Shown: positions 1 through 10,784, counted from the first letter of the stretch. The stretch is 64,000 bases of DNA from an uncultured Bacteriovoracaceae bacterium (GCA_964012805.1 CAXGUD010000003.1:101740-165739), one strand, 5' to 3'. Numbers and translations are program-made. The notes: generated by a model from the sequence alone, not told the origin.

Positions 1-145
1 AAAAATTACTAAGAAAACTCAAAAAATCATTGTAGAAAGTACCTTTTGAGGGTTCCTATCCTATTTTTTTTACCTGAATTAATGTATAGTCGACGCATTT
101 TATCATAATTATATTTTAAAGATTTCTAAAGTGAGGAACTTCCTT

Positions 146-1612
146 ATGACGCATAATATCATTGACACATTTTTGACCTATGACGATGTTCTATTAAGAC
201 CAGGCTTTTCTGAAGTTCTTCCTCATGAAACTGAATGCGGAACTTTTTTTTCTAAAAATATTCGGATGAATATTCCCCTTATTTCAGCAGCAATGGACAC
301 AGTCACTGAGGCACCAACTGCTATCGTCATGGCACAGCAAGGTGGAATGGGAGTTATTCATAAAAACCTCAACCCTAGAGAACAGGCCAAAGAGGTTACT
401 AGAGTCAAAAAATATGAATCAGGTATTATTAGCTCTCCTATAACTGTTGGACCTGAGAGTAGGCTTAGGGATGTATTGGAGTTAAAAGATAAATATAAAA
501 TTACGGGCGTTCCTGTTGTTGATGAGTCGGGTAAACTAGTTGGAATTTTAACTAGCCGGGATATGCAATTTGAGGAAGATTTAGATCTCAGGATAAAAGA
601 CATAATGACTCCAAAAGAGAAATTAGTAACTGCTTCCATTGGTATAAAAATGGAAGATGCGAAAAAAACATTGCATAAACATAGAATTGAGAAGTTACCT
701 GTTGTTGATAGTGAAGGAGAGTTAAAGGGTCTTATCACGATTAAAGATATTACAAAAACGATTCATTTTCCTTTCGCAAATAAGGACCAGCATGGTCAAT
801 TAAGAGTTGCTGCTGCTATTGGAGTTGGAGATAACGAGTTTGAGAGGGCCAAACTACTAGCGGAAGCTCATGTTGATGCTCTTGTGGTTGATACAGCTCA
901 TGGCCACTCTAAAGGCGTCATCGAGATGGTGAAAAGATTGAAAACGACTTTTAAAGGAATTGATGTTGTTGCAGGAAATGTGGCCACAGGAAAAGCTTGC
1001 TTGGACTTAATCAAAGCTGGTGTGGATGGTGTAAAGGTTGGTATTGGTCCAGGATCAATTTGTACAACGAGAGTTATTGCAGGTGTGGGTGTACCCCAAA
1101 TGAGTGCTATTTTTGAAGCTGTAGAAGCATGCAAAAAAGAAGGGGTTCCAGTTATTGCTGATGGTGGGGTTAAGTTTTCAGGTGATGTTGTTAAGGCATT
1201 AGCAGCTGGCGCCAGCTCAATTATGCTAGGATCCCTTTTAGCTGGAACAGAAGAAACCCCTGGTGAGATGGTTCTTTATAAGGGACGGTCATACAAGGTT
1301 TATAGAGGGATGGGTTCTTTGGGTGCCATGAAACAAGGGTCTAAAGACCGTTATGGACAAGCTTCTGTTGTTGATATGGGAAAGTTAGTTCCTGAGGGGA
1401 TAGAAGGGCAGGTGCCTTATAAGGGACCTTTAAGCACTACAATTTATCAACTCGTTGGAGGACTTCGTTCTGGTATGGGATATGTTGGGGCCAAGAATTT
1501 AATTGAACTTAAAGAAAAAGCCGAATTTATAAAAATTACTTCAGCTTCTCTTAAAGAAGGTCATCCTCACGATGTCATGGTGACGAAGGAAGCTCCTAAT
1601 TATTCTCTATAA
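146..1612 (+). CDS. guaB: IMP dehydrogenase with CBS pair
   Basis: LTYDDVLL, SAAMDTVTE, catalytic GIGPGSICTT, YRGMGS, EGIEG. ATG at 146 follows GAGGA (ORF track starts at GTG 131). Confidence 0.97.
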   Translation: MTHNIIDTFLTYDDVLLRPGFSEVLPHETECGTFFSKNIRMNIPLISAAMDTVTEAPTAIVMAQQGGMGVIHKNLNPREQAKEVTRVKKYESGIISSPITVGPESRLRDVLELKDKYKITGVPVVDESGKLVGILTSRDMQFEEDLDLRIKDIMTPKEKLVTASIGIKMEDAKKTLHKHRIEKLPVVDSEGELKGLITIKDITKTIHFPFANKDQHGQLRVAAAIGVGDNEFERAKLLAEAHVDALVVDTAHGHSKGVIEMVKRLKTTFKGIDVVAGNVATGKACLDLIKAGVDGVKVGIGPGSICTTRVIAGVGVPQMSAIFEAVEACKKEGVPVIADGGVKFSGDVVKALAAGASSIMLGSLLAGTEETPGEMVLYKGRSYKVYRGMGSLGAMKQGSKDRYGQASVVDMGKLVPEGIEGQVPYKGPLSTTIYQLVGGLRSGMGYVGAKNLIELKEKAEFIKITSASLKEGHPHDVMVTKEAPNYSL

Positions 1613-1653
1613 TATTGAAGTAAAACGAAGAAGGTTATTGGGGTTATTTTGTT

Positions 1654-3216
1654 ATGGAAAAGAAAAAGGTTTGGATTGCTGATTTTGGATCACAATATAC
1701 TCAGCTTATAACGAGAAAGGTTCGGGAGTTAGGATACTCTTGCAGGCTTTATTCTATAGACGAAGTTGAAGCCTCATTTAAAAAACAAATTTATCCCGAG
1801 GCCCTTATTTTATCGGGAGGTCCTCATTCTATTTTTGAAGATGAAAGAGACTATAGCTTTCTTTTTGAAAAAAAAGATCTACCACTTTTGGGGATATGTT
1901 ATGGGATGCAGCTTATAGGGCAGCATTTCGGAGGTAAAGTTGAGAGGGGATTACAAGGTGAATATGGACATTCCAATGTAGAAATTCAGGAAGGGTTTGA
2001 TATACCAGGTTGTCCCAAATCTTTTAGTGCCTGGATGAGCCACTCTGACCATGTAAGTGAAGTACCTGAAGGTTTTGCTGTCCTCATGGAAAGTCAGAAT
2101 AATTTTATAGCAGGCCTTCACCACAAGAAGTATCCGATTATGGCGCTTCAATTTCATCCAGAAGTCGAGCATACGGCCTTTGGTTTAAAAGTTTTAGACT
2201 CATTTTTAAAGAAGACGGCTTGGCTTACACCTGATTGGAGTAGCCAGGCCATGGTTGAAGATGCTCTTCAAGCTTTTAATAAAGTTGATAAGGCTTCTAA
2301 AGATAGAATTCTTTGTGCTTTTAGCGGTGGGGTTGACTCCTTGGTAGCGGCTTGTCTTGCTGAAAAGGCCCTTCCTGGAAAAGTTTCCTGCTTTTTTGTT
2401 GATAATGGACTTTTAAGACCTCAAGACTATGGCCATATGGAGACACTTCAAAAAGAAACGACACTTGATATACAAATCATTGATGCAAAAGACTTTTTTC
2501 TATCCAACCTAAGTGGTGTTAATGATCCTGAGGAAAAGCGAAAAATAATTGGAAGAACATTTATTGAAGTGTTTGAAAAGAAAGTTCATGAGTACGAAAA
2601 TGAAAAAGGAATTCACTTCCGTTATCTTCTTCAAGGTACCTTGTATCCCGATATTATTGAATCGATTAGTCCTCATGGAAAGGATGGGCCTTCCGTGACT
2701 ATAAAGTCCCATCATAATGTTGGAGGACTTCCTGAAAAAATGAACCTAGACCTTATTGAACCTTTAAGTTCTCTTTTCAAAGATGAAGTCCGTTTGATTG
2801 GAGAAGAGCTTGGAGTTAAAAGGGAGTGGACCCACCGTCATCCGTTTCCAGGGCCTGGCATTGGTATAAGAGTCCTAGGTGAACTTGATGCTGATTCAAT
2901 TAAGAAGGTTCAGCACTCTGACCAAATCCTTTTTGAAGAATTGAAAAATGAGAACCTCTATACATCAGTCTGGCAGGCTTTTACTGTCCTTCTACCCGTT
3001 TTTACTGTAGGAGTTAAAGGTGATCAAAGGGCCTATGAACAAGTTATTTGTCTGAGAATCGTTAATAGCTCTGATGGAATGACGGCTGTTTGGTCAGACC
3101 TTCCTTCTGGTTTTTTAAGAAAAGTTTCAAATAGGATTACAAATGAAGTTCCTGGAATAACAAGAGTTGTTTACGATGTAACGAGTAAACCTCCAGGAAC
3201 AATTGAGTGGGAGTAA
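1654..3216 (+). CDS. guaA: GMP synthase (glutamine-hydrolysing)
   Basis: DFGSQYTQLI, GICYGMQ, QFHPEV, SGGVDS, IKSHHNVGG, C-terminal KPPGTIEWE; follows guaB. Confidence 0.97.
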   Translation: MEKKKVWIADFGSQYTQLITRKVRELGYSCRLYSIDEVEASFKKQIYPEALILSGGPHSIFEDERDYSFLFEKKDLPLLGICYGMQLIGQHFGGKVERGLQGEYGHSNVEIQEGFDIPGCPKSFSAWMSHSDHVSEVPEGFAVLMESQNNFIAGLHHKKYPIMALQFHPEVEHTAFGLKVLDSFLKKTAWLTPDWSSQAMVEDALQAFNKVDKASKDRILCAFSGGVDSLVAACLAEKALPGKVSCFFVDNGLLRPQDYGHMETLQKETTLDIQIIDAKDFFLSNLSGVNDPEEKRKIIGRTFIEVFEKKVHEYENEKGIHFRYLLQGTLYPDIIESISPHGKDGPSVTIKSHHNVGGLPEKMNLDLIEPLSSLFKDEVRLIGEELGVKREWTHRHPFPGPGIGIRVLGELDADSIKKVQHSDQILFEELKNENLYTSVWQAFTVLLPVFTVGVKGDQRAYEQVICLRIVNSSDGMTAVWSDLPSGFLRKVSNRITNEVPGITRVVYDVTSKPPGTIEWE

Positions 3217-3388
3217 ATTTCTTAGTGCTTTGAACTGTAAATACCTAGCAATGGATGAAATTAGGGAATCTTTGTCGAGATAGATTACAAGATCTTAATT
3301 GATCATTGTTTGATATTTTGATTTTTAAAAAGGGTTCTTATTTTTGTTTTCCTTCTTTTTATTCCCCCATTCTTTTTATAATACTTAT

Positions 3389-4489
3389 ATGAAAAAACTA
3401 CTTCTCATTTTGGTATTATCAGCAATTACAAATACTCTACCTAGTTCTTTTTCTGCCGAAAAACTATTCGATGTTGTGACTAAAGAACCCTCTTTTGACA
3501 AACGCGCGGTTGCTTTTGTCGATACTGTTACAGGTAAAAATCGTATTGTAGAAGTGAACATGTCTGGAAAGGTAGTTTGGGAGTGGAAGTTTCCAAGTCA
3601 CCTTATTGGAAAACGGAAAAGAAGTATTTGCAAAGGTGCAGATATAAAATATCTGAAATCAAATGATGAAATATTATTCATCATTCCTGGGGTTGGTGCT
3701 TATATAGTCAACCGAAAGGGGGATTTGAAAAAAGTAATTAAAGACAAAAAAATTAGTCACGATATTGATCTATTGCCTAATGGTAACTTTATCTATGTGC
3801 GTGGTTGGGCTGATAAAGGTGAGGATGAAGTAGGTGAAATAAACCAATCAGGCGAAATTGTATGGAAATGGTCGCATGCAGATTATTTTCCAAATAGGGA
3901 CGAGTTTCTTTCAAAAATTCCTAAAAAGATAAAAATGAGATGGAAAGGCAAAATGGGAAGGAGAAAAACCTTAAAATCAGACGGTATTGATTGGGCCCAT
4001 GTAAACGGTGTAGACAGGCTGAAAAATGGAGATACGCTTATCTCTCTTCGAAACTTCATGATGTTTGTTATCGTTGGATCCGATGGAAAACCTAAACAAA
4101 AGTTTCAAGACATATGGTTAGTCCATGAGCCCCATAAGACAGCTTTTGGTTATATTGCTGCGGATAGATTTGTTGAGGGAGGAAGGCTTCTCCACTCGAT
4201 TGTAAAAATATCCAATAATGGAGAACGGACGAATCTTTTAACAGGTCAATTTATGACAGTTCGTGGTATAGAAATGTTGCCCAATAAAAGATTCAATATC
4301 ACATCAATTGGCAACGTGTTAGAAATTGACTCGAATGGAAAAATATTGCACCGAATGCACTTGAATATTCAGAGTGAAGATGCCAAGCGCAACCTCTCTA
4401 AAAGAAGGAGGCCGGGCATGGTCATGAGTGAGGGAAGGTGTGCCCACAAAAACCTCTATAAAGTAGCAAAAACTAAAGTCTATAAGTGA
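3389..4489 (+). CDS. Secreted arylsulfotransferase (ASST)-like beta-propeller protein
   Basis: Signal peptide MKKLLLILVLSA; repeated E-x(3)-G-x-V-VW-x-W blades; SHDIDLLPNGN; DWAHVNGVDRLKNGDTLISLRN. ATG 3389 preferred to TTG 3344. Confidence 0.6.
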   Translation: MKKLLLILVLSAITNTLPSSFSAEKLFDVVTKEPSFDKRAVAFVDTVTGKNRIVEVNMSGKVVWEWKFPSHLIGKRKRSICKGADIKYLKSNDEILFIIPGVGAYIVNRKGDLKKVIKDKKISHDIDLLPNGNFIYVRGWADKGEDEVGEINQSGEIVWKWSHADYFPNRDEFLSKIPKKIKMRWKGKMGRRKTLKSDGIDWAHVNGVDRLKNGDTLISLRNFMMFVIVGSDGKPKQKFQDIWLVHEPHKTAFGYIAADRFVEGGRLLHSIVKISNNGERTNLLTGQFMTVRGIEMLPNKRFNITSIGNVLEIDSNGKILHRMHLNIQSEDAKRNLSKRRRPGMVMSEGRCAHKNLYKVAKTKVYK

Positions 4490-4727
4490 AAAAACTCCTC
4501 TTGGCCTCTGCCATTTCATCCAATTTCTGCTATACTCACGCCCACTTAAATGGTCATTGATACTTTTTTGACTTGACGCATTTTTTTACAAAAAAAATGC
4601 CTGAGTGGCTATTGATTTACTTTGGTCCCTGTTGATTCAAACTAGATTCAAAGTTAACTTAAGTTCACAAAATGAAGTGACCGTCTGAGGCTTGCTAATT
4701 GGAATAGGTATGGAAGGAGTTTATAAC

Positions 4728-7700
4728 ATGGAAAGTGAGGCCGAAAAAGAAACAGAAAATAGGCCTGAATCCTTCGTCCACCTCCACGTGCATACCGAGT
4801 ATTCACTTCTAGACAGTTCGATCAGAATTCCAACGCTTTTAAAGAAGGCCAAAGAGTTTGGTATGAAAAGCCTTGCCATGACTGATCATGGTAATATGTT
4901 TGGTGCCATAGATTTTTATACAGCTGCTCACAAACAAGGTATCAAGCCCATTCTGGGTGCGACCATTTATACAACGGCTGGAAAATTAGAGGAGAGGAAC
5001 GAGCCAGTTAATTGCCCAAGGGCCTTCTCTAATGATGACCAGGAAATTAAGCACGATATTTTTCATCTTGTTATTCTTTGTAAAAATAATGTCGGTTATA
5101 AAAACCTTTGTAAAATTATATCTGAGTCTTGGCTTGATGGCTTTCACCACAGGGCCAGGGCCGATTTTGATCTTTTGGAAAAGTACAAAGAAGGGCTTAT
5201 TGTAACGTCAGCTTTTTTAAACGGTGAAATTGGTTACTCTTTTTTTAGTTCCCAAGATGATAGGGCCGAGAAAGTTGCCTTAAGGCTAAAATCTATTTTT
5301 AAGGAAGATTTTTATTTAGAAATTCAAAACCATAATGTTCCCGAAGAAGAAAGTGTGAGAGACAAAATGATTGCACTTTCTAAAAAGCATTCTATTCCCC
5401 TCCTTGCGACGAATGATTGCCACTATCTTGAACAAGATGAGCATCAGGCCCAAGAAGTTCTTATGTGTGCTCAAACAAAAGTCACACTGAATGAAGAAAA
5501 TAGAATGGATTTTAAGGCCCCTGAGTTTTATTTCAAATCGCCTAGTGATATGGAAGAGCTTTTCAAGGAGACCCCAACCGCTCTTTCTAATTCATTAAAA
5601 ATCGCCGAACAATGCCATGTAGAACTTAAATGGGAAGATGATGATGGTAAGCAGATTTATCATCTTCCTGACTTCCACATCGAAACGAATGAAACTCAAG
5701 ATGAGTTTTTTAGGCGCATGAGTTATGAGGGATTGGAAAAAAGATTTCAAGGACCTCATTTTATAAACCTCATTAAAGAGGATAATTGGGAAACTGAACT
5801 AAGACCTCAGTATGAAGCCAGGTTGAAATCTGAGCTCGATATGATTATTGAGATGGGCTTTCCAGGTTACTTTCTTATTGTCGCTGACTTCATTCAGTGG
5901 GCGAAAGACAAAAAGATTTCGGTTGGCCCTGGAAGGGGTTCTGGGGCAGGTTCAATTGTCGCTTATGCGCTTTCAATTACAAACATTAATCCTCTCCCTT
6001 TTAACCTTCTTTTTGAAAGATTTATTAACCCTGAAAGAATTTCTATGCCTGACTTCGATGTTGACTTTTGCCAACAGAGAAGAGGTGAGGTTATTGATTA
6101 TGTGACCGAAAAATATGGAAAGGAGAGGGTCGGTCAAATTGTTACTTTTGGAAAGCTTCAGGCAAAAGCAGCGATTAGAGATGTCAGCCGTGTTTTCTCT
6201 CTTCCTTACGCTGAAGCCGATATGCTTAGTAAGCTTGTTCCAGAAGAGTTAGGGATCACTCTTGATAAGGCTTTAGAGGTCGAACCTAAGTTTAAAGAGC
6301 TTATGGATTCTGACCCAAAGATTAAAAAAATTATAGAAGTTTCTCAAAAGGTTGAGGGCCTTAACCGTCACGCCTCGATTCACGCGGCGGGGGTTATTAT
6401 AACAAGTGAGCCTTTGGTAGATTATTGTCCTCTTTTATTAGGGGCCAAGGGTGAACAGGTTATTCAATTTGATAAAAACTTTTCTGAACTTATTGGGCTT
6501 GTTAAGTTTGACTTCCTTGGGCTTAAAACTTTAACAGTTATTGAGTATGCCAGTGAATTTATTCGAAGAGGTTACGATTCAAGCTTTGATATTGAAGAAA
6601 TCGACCTTGAAGATAAAAAAGTTTACGACTTTATTAGTAATGGGGAAACAATAGGTGTTTTCCAGCTTGAATCTTCCGGGATGATAGACCTTTGTAAGCG
6701 TATTAAGCCGGACTGTCTCGATGATATTACGGCCATTAACGCTCTTTATAGACCAGGTCCTATGGAATCTGGGATGGTCGATGATTTTGTTGATATTAAA
6801 AATGGAAAAAAAGAGCCAACATTCCCTTTCCCAGATCTGGAGCCGGTTTTAAAAGATACCTTGGGTGTTATTGTTTATCAAGAGCAGGTTATGAACATTG
6901 CTCGTATTGTGGCAGGTTACTCACTTGGACAAGCAGATATGCTTAGAAGGGCCATGGGTAAAAAGAAAGTGTCTGAGATGGAAAGGCATAAAGAAATCTT
7001 TAGGAAGGGGGCCGTAGAAAAAGGCTTTAATGAAAAAGCGGCCATAGAGCTTTTTGAAAAGATGGCCAACTTTGCAGCTTACGGTTTTAATAAATCCCAC
7101 GCAGTCGCCTATGCTCTGATTGCTTATCAAACAGCATTTTTAAAACATTATTATCCAGCTTGTTTTTTTGCAGGACTCTTAAGTACTGAACTTAATAATA
7201 CTGATAAGGTTACCAATTACATAAATGATTTGAAGACCTATGATATTAAGGTCTTCCCTCCTGACGTTAATGAATCTCTTTGGCTTTTTAATGTTGTAGA
7301 TGGGCATATAAGATTTGCTATGGGAGCCGTTAAAAATGTTGGTGAAGCTGCGGTTCAGGAAATAAAGAGAGAAAGGGAAGAGGGAGGACCTTTTAAGAGC
7401 TTTATTGACTTTTGTGAAAGATGTGACCTTAGAATTGTAAATAAAAGGGCGATCGAGTCCCTAATTAAAGTTGGTGGGTTTGACCAATGTGAAGAAATGA
7501 ACCGTCAAACACTTTTAAAGTGTATGGAAAAGGTAATGGCCCATGGTAATAAAATCACAGAAGAAAAAGAGCTTGGGCAGGTAAGTCTTTTCAATATAGG
7601 GAGCGCCTCAAACAGTGGTGAGGGATCAGTTGACGAAGTCTTAGATATAAAAAAAATGTTGGCGATTGAGGAATTTGAAGAATTTGATGAAAAAGAAAAA

Positions 7701-8414
7701 CTGGGGTTCGAATTCCAACTTATGGGTATTTATGTCTCTGGACACCCTTTGGACCGTTACGCAGAGTCTCTGAAAGAGTTTTCTTCCATGCCTTTAGCTG
7801 AAGTGCAAAAATTATCTATGGATGCCTCTTCTTCTCACGGTCACTATAGTGGAGGTTCTGGGAAAGGAAGGTTTTCCAGGGAGCGTTCTCGAAAGGAATG
7901 TTATTTGGGCGGAGTTTTTAATTCGACGAGGGTTATCCTAACCAAGAAAGGTGATAAGATGTGCTTTGCGTTACTTGAGGACCTGTCTGGGAAAATAGAA
8001 TGTATTGTTTTCCCTAAGGTGTTTGCTGAGTATGAGGATATCCTCAAGACAGATGAGCCAGTTTTAATGGAAGGCTATGTTAATTTAGAAGAGACGCCTA
8101 AGAAGTTTTTCCCTGAGAAAATAGAATTGCTGGAAGAGCATTCTGAAGAGCGGGTTGGCGCTGTGACAGTAGCCGTTCCTCTTGAGTCATTGACGTTAGA
8201 TGACTTGGAGCGTTTTAAAAACCTTATTCTCGCTTTTAAGGGAGATATTCCTGTTAAAATTATTTTCAAGGAAGCGGTTGGTAAGGCGAGAATGGCATTG
8301 GGCAAGGATTTTAAAGTGAGACCATCTTCAAAATGGGTGGGAAAAGTCCATGACATATTTGGTGAAAATTGTGTTAAATTTATTACTAATAATAAGATGG
8401 ATGAGGTCCCTTAG
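4728..8414 (+). CDS. dnaE: DNA polymerase III alpha subunit
   Basis: PHP motifs HLHVHTEYSLLD and TDHGNMFG, GPGRGSGAGS, catalytic PDFDVDF, YGFNKSHA, C-terminal OB fold. ATG 4728 follows GGAAGGAG (track start 4692). Confidence 0.97.
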   Translation: MESEAEKETENRPESFVHLHVHTEYSLLDSSIRIPTLLKKAKEFGMKSLAMTDHGNMFGAIDFYTAAHKQGIKPILGATIYTTAGKLEERNEPVNCPRAFSNDDQEIKHDIFHLVILCKNNVGYKNLCKIISESWLDGFHHRARADFDLLEKYKEGLIVTSAFLNGEIGYSFFSSQDDRAEKVALRLKSIFKEDFYLEIQNHNVPEEESVRDKMIALSKKHSIPLLATNDCHYLEQDEHQAQEVLMCAQTKVTLNEENRMDFKAPEFYFKSPSDMEELFKETPTALSNSLKIAEQCHVELKWEDDDGKQIYHLPDFHIETNETQDEFFRRMSYEGLEKRFQGPHFINLIKEDNWETELRPQYEARLKSELDMIIEMGFPGYFLIVADFIQWAKDKKISVGPGRGSGAGSIVAYALSITNINPLPFNLLFERFINPERISMPDFDVDFCQQRRGEVIDYVTEKYGKERVGQIVTFGKLQAKAAIRDVSRVFSLPYAEADMLSKLVPEELGITLDKALEVEPKFKELMDSDPKIKKIIEVSQKVEGLNRHASIHAAGVIITSEPLVDYCPLLLGAKGEQVIQFDKNFSELIGLVKFDFLGLKTLTVIEYASEFIRRGYDSSFDIEEIDLEDKKVYDFISNGETIGVFQLESSGMIDLCKRIKPDCLDDITAINALYRPGPMESGMVDDFVDIKNGKKEPTFPFPDLEPVLKDTLGVIVYQEQVMNIARIVAGYSLGQADMLRRAMGKKKVSEMERHKEIFRKGAVEKGFNEKAAIELFEKMANFAAYGFNKSHAVAYALIAYQTAFLKHYYPACFFAGLLSTELNNTDKVTNYINDLKTYDIKVFPPDVNESLWLFNVVDGHIRFAMGAVKNVGEAAVQEIKREREEGGPFKSFIDFCERCDLRIVNKRAIESLIKVGGFDQCEEMNRQTLLKCMEKVMAHGNKITEEKELGQVSLFNIGSASNSGEGSVDEVLDIKKMLAIEEFEEFDEKEKLGFEFQLMGIYVSGHPLDRYAESLKEFSSMPLAEVQKLSMDASSSHGHYSGGSGKGRFSRERSRKECYLGGVFNSTRVILTKKGDKMCFALLEDLSGKIECIVFPKVFAEYEDILKTDEPVLMEGYVNLEETPKKFFPEKIELLEEHSEERVGAVTVAVPLESLTLDDLERFKNLILAFKGDIPVKIIFKEAVGKARMALGKDFKVRPSSKWVGKVHDIFGENCVKFITNNKMDEVP

Positions 8415-8445
8415 TTAAAGGGCTTCGATTAAGGAAAGTGAGACT

Positions 8446-9834
8446 ATGAAAAAAGGATTTTGTTTTCGAGTAACTATTTCTGTGGCTTTTCTCCTTTTAT
8501 TTTTGGGTGTAGGAAGTTCCGCTTATGCCGAAAAGAAGTTCATTAAAGGAGAAGCAAGGTTTTATTCTCAAGATGAGGATCCTCTAAATTTTGTTAAGAG
8601 CCAATTATTAGAAAAATCTTTTCGAAACGTCATTACTAAGGAAATGAATCGTCTTGGGTTTAATAGCGAAAGTTTTTGGAGGACCTTTGATGAAAAATTT
8701 GAAGAGCACTTTAAACCGATGCAGGAGAGTTTAGAGGAAAAGTTTCAAGATCCAGAAACAGAAAAAATGGAGGCTGAGGATCGGGAAAAATATCAAAAAG
8801 CTTTAAGGGTAAGAAGACTGAAGGAATTGAAAAAGTTTGGAAAACTTTCTCATGTTATCAAGTCTTACGTAATAAAAAGGATGAAAAGGTCAGTTAAATA
8901 TCCAAACTCTCGCTATATGAGGCTGATGGCCGTAGTGGATCATAACCGCTTGAGATCGCTTTATTCTCGATATATTAACATCGGTGGAAAAAAAGAGTTT
9001 AATACTCTCTTCCTTGATGTTGATTTCGAACTTCAGGGGTTGACTTGGAAAGATCTTGGAGTTCAAGTCAAAACTGATTTTACAGAAGTCATTAAGACTC
9101 ACTGGCTTAACTGGTTCAATTCCAAATTAGGAGATTCAGTTAAAAAATTCTCTATTATTGAAAGAAACTCCAAAGACAAAGTGGAAGCCTATCTGCATTC
9201 TTACAAGTCTGAAAACGAGCGCGATGAAATATTCCAAGATGGATTGCTTGCAAAGGTAAAATTCAAGATTAAAAAGAATAGTGAAGATGGGGTTCAAAAA
9301 ATGAGAGGCTTTTCATTTAAAGGACAATACTTACTATTAGACTTGGATACTCAAGAGCCTCTCGATTATTTTGATTTTCCAAAGACGACTCACTCCTATT
9401 CGACAGTTGATGATCATTCTTTAAGCTCTCAAGTCGCAAGCTATTTGTATAGAGTCCCTATTCCGAGGTTTGAAAAATCTAAAAATAAACTAAATAGAAT
9501 TATGAAAAAGAAGGGATCTTATCAGCTTGAGGTGGAGAATGTTCTTTCTATTCAGGAAGTAATGGAGTTGATGGGTCTTTTAAAAGAAAAAGGCATTGTT
9601 CAACGACTTCAACCAAAAGTGAAGCTTTTTGACCAGGGGAGGGCCCTCATCGAATTGGATTATTATAGTGATTATGAAGCATTAAAAAAAGTTATCCTTA
9701 AACTTCAAAGTAGAAACCTGCTAAATGGGCGTTCTATTTATGTAAAGAAGAATGATCATGGGTATTATGTTTTATTAGGTGGTGAAGCTATCCAATCAAA
9801 AAAGCAAGAAGCACAAAAGATTGAAAGATTGTAA
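8446..9834 (+). CDS. Exported hypothetical protein
   Basis: 462-aa ORF with a signal peptide ending in AYA, closely spaced after dnaE. Confidence 0.75.
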   Translation: MKKGFCFRVTISVAFLLLFLGVGSSAYAEKKFIKGEARFYSQDEDPLNFVKSQLLEKSFRNVITKEMNRLGFNSESFWRTFDEKFEEHFKPMQESLEEKFQDPETEKMEAEDREKYQKALRVRRLKELKKFGKLSHVIKSYVIKRMKRSVKYPNSRYMRLMAVVDHNRLRSLYSRYINIGGKKEFNTLFLDVDFELQGLTWKDLGVQVKTDFTEVIKTHWLNWFNSKLGDSVKKFSIIERNSKDKVEAYLHSYKSENERDEIFQDGLLAKVKFKIKKNSEDGVQKMRGFSFKGQYLLLDLDTQEPLDYFDFPKTTHSYSTVDDHSLSSQVASYLYRVPIPRFEKSKNKLNRIMKKKGSYQLEVENVLSIQEVMELMGLLKEKGIVQRLQPKVKLFDQGRALIELDYYSDYEALKKVILKLQSRNLLNGRSIYVKKNDHGYYVLLGGEAIQSKKQEAQKIERL

Positions 9835-9845
9835 CCTTTAGGGAA

Positions 9846-10784
9846 ATGGGGAGTCACTTCATGAGAGCTTCGGTAAGCATTGTATTTTTGATTATCTTTT
9901 TTGTTTCTTCTTGTTCTAAGAACGTTATTAAGAGAACAAATAAAGGGAGGCGCCCCAGAATGACGGAGCCTCTTCAAAGTTTGGATGTACGAAAAAAAGT
10001 AGCTCTTTTAAGTTTTTTCAACGAATCACCTTTTGGAGGTCGAGATTTAGGCGTGACTGCTACTGAAGAGTTGAGAGAGGAGCTGTCTCGTGGTGGGGAG
10101 TTTATTGTAGATGGAGTCGCAAATAGACTTTTTGGATCTTCCAAAGAGATCTACTCGGGAGGAGGCGTAAAACTTGTCCAAATAGCCAGAAAGGCCAAAC
10201 TCTCGGGGATTAACCTTGTGATTTATGGGCGTGTTATTGATGCCAGAGTAAAGGAGAAGTCTGACGAAATTGGAATTGTAAGGAAGCTAAACTCCTTCAC
10301 TTCGTCAAAAATCGAGATTAGAGTTTTCGATGTCAACTCCAATAAAGAAGTCTATAGCCAAATTCTCAAGGGCTATGCGGACGATAGTACTTACCGCTTT
10401 TTTAGAACAAATAGAGAATCAAAATTGGCGTATAGGCAAGACCTTCTTAGGTATGCTGTCAGAGTAGCTGTTAGAAGAGGGATTCAAGAACTTTTAGATG
10501 TATCCGCTAAAATGGATTGGACTGGGCGAGTGGCCAAGATTATTGGGAACAAAATCTATGTTAATGCTGGTAGAGAAAGTGGCCTTAACATAGGAGATAT
10601 TCTAAAAGTCCTCACAGAAGGTAATGAAATTTATGATCCAGAATCAGGTGCTCTTATAGGTTTATCGAAGGGTGAAATTAAAGGAACGATTGAGGTAATA
10701 GACTTTTTTGGTCCTGATGGTTCAATCGCAATAATACACTCTGGGAGCTCTGTCTTGGAAGGGGACTTTGTTCAACTCTATTAG
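9846..10784 (+). CDS. Lipoprotein with CsgG/FlgT-like alpha/beta domain and FlgT_C-like domain
   Basis: Lipobox-like FVSSC; KKVALLSFFN; C-terminal GRVAKIIGNKIYVNAGRESGLNIGD...IYDPESGALIG. Confidence 0.6.
   Translation: MGSHFMRASVSIVFLIIFFVSSCSKNVIKRTNKGRRPRMTEPLQSLDVRKKVALLSFFNESPFGGRDLGVTATEELREELSRGGEFIVDGVANRLFGSSKEIYSGGGVKLVQIARKAKLSGINLVIYGRVIDARVKEKSDEIGIVRKLNSFTSSKIEIRVFDVNSNKEVYSQILKGYADDSTYRFFRTNRESKLAYRQDLLRYAVRVAVRRGIQELLDVSAKMDWTGRVAKIIGNKIYVNAGRESGLNIGDILKVLTEGNEIYDPESGALIGLSKGEIKGTIEVIDFFGPDGSIAIIHSGSSVLEGDFVQLY

Noticed and set aside
1..145. Purine riboswitch before guaB
   Set aside because: No recognisable three-stem aptamer or conserved junction sequences.
3205..4620. Integrative element at the guaA 3' end
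   Set aside because: GAGTGGGA is present in guaA, but there is no integrase and no duplicated att site; only a partial GAGTGG near 4603.
4728..8414. Intein in DnaE
   Set aside because: Length is near normal and no splice-junction or homing-endonuclease motifs are seen.
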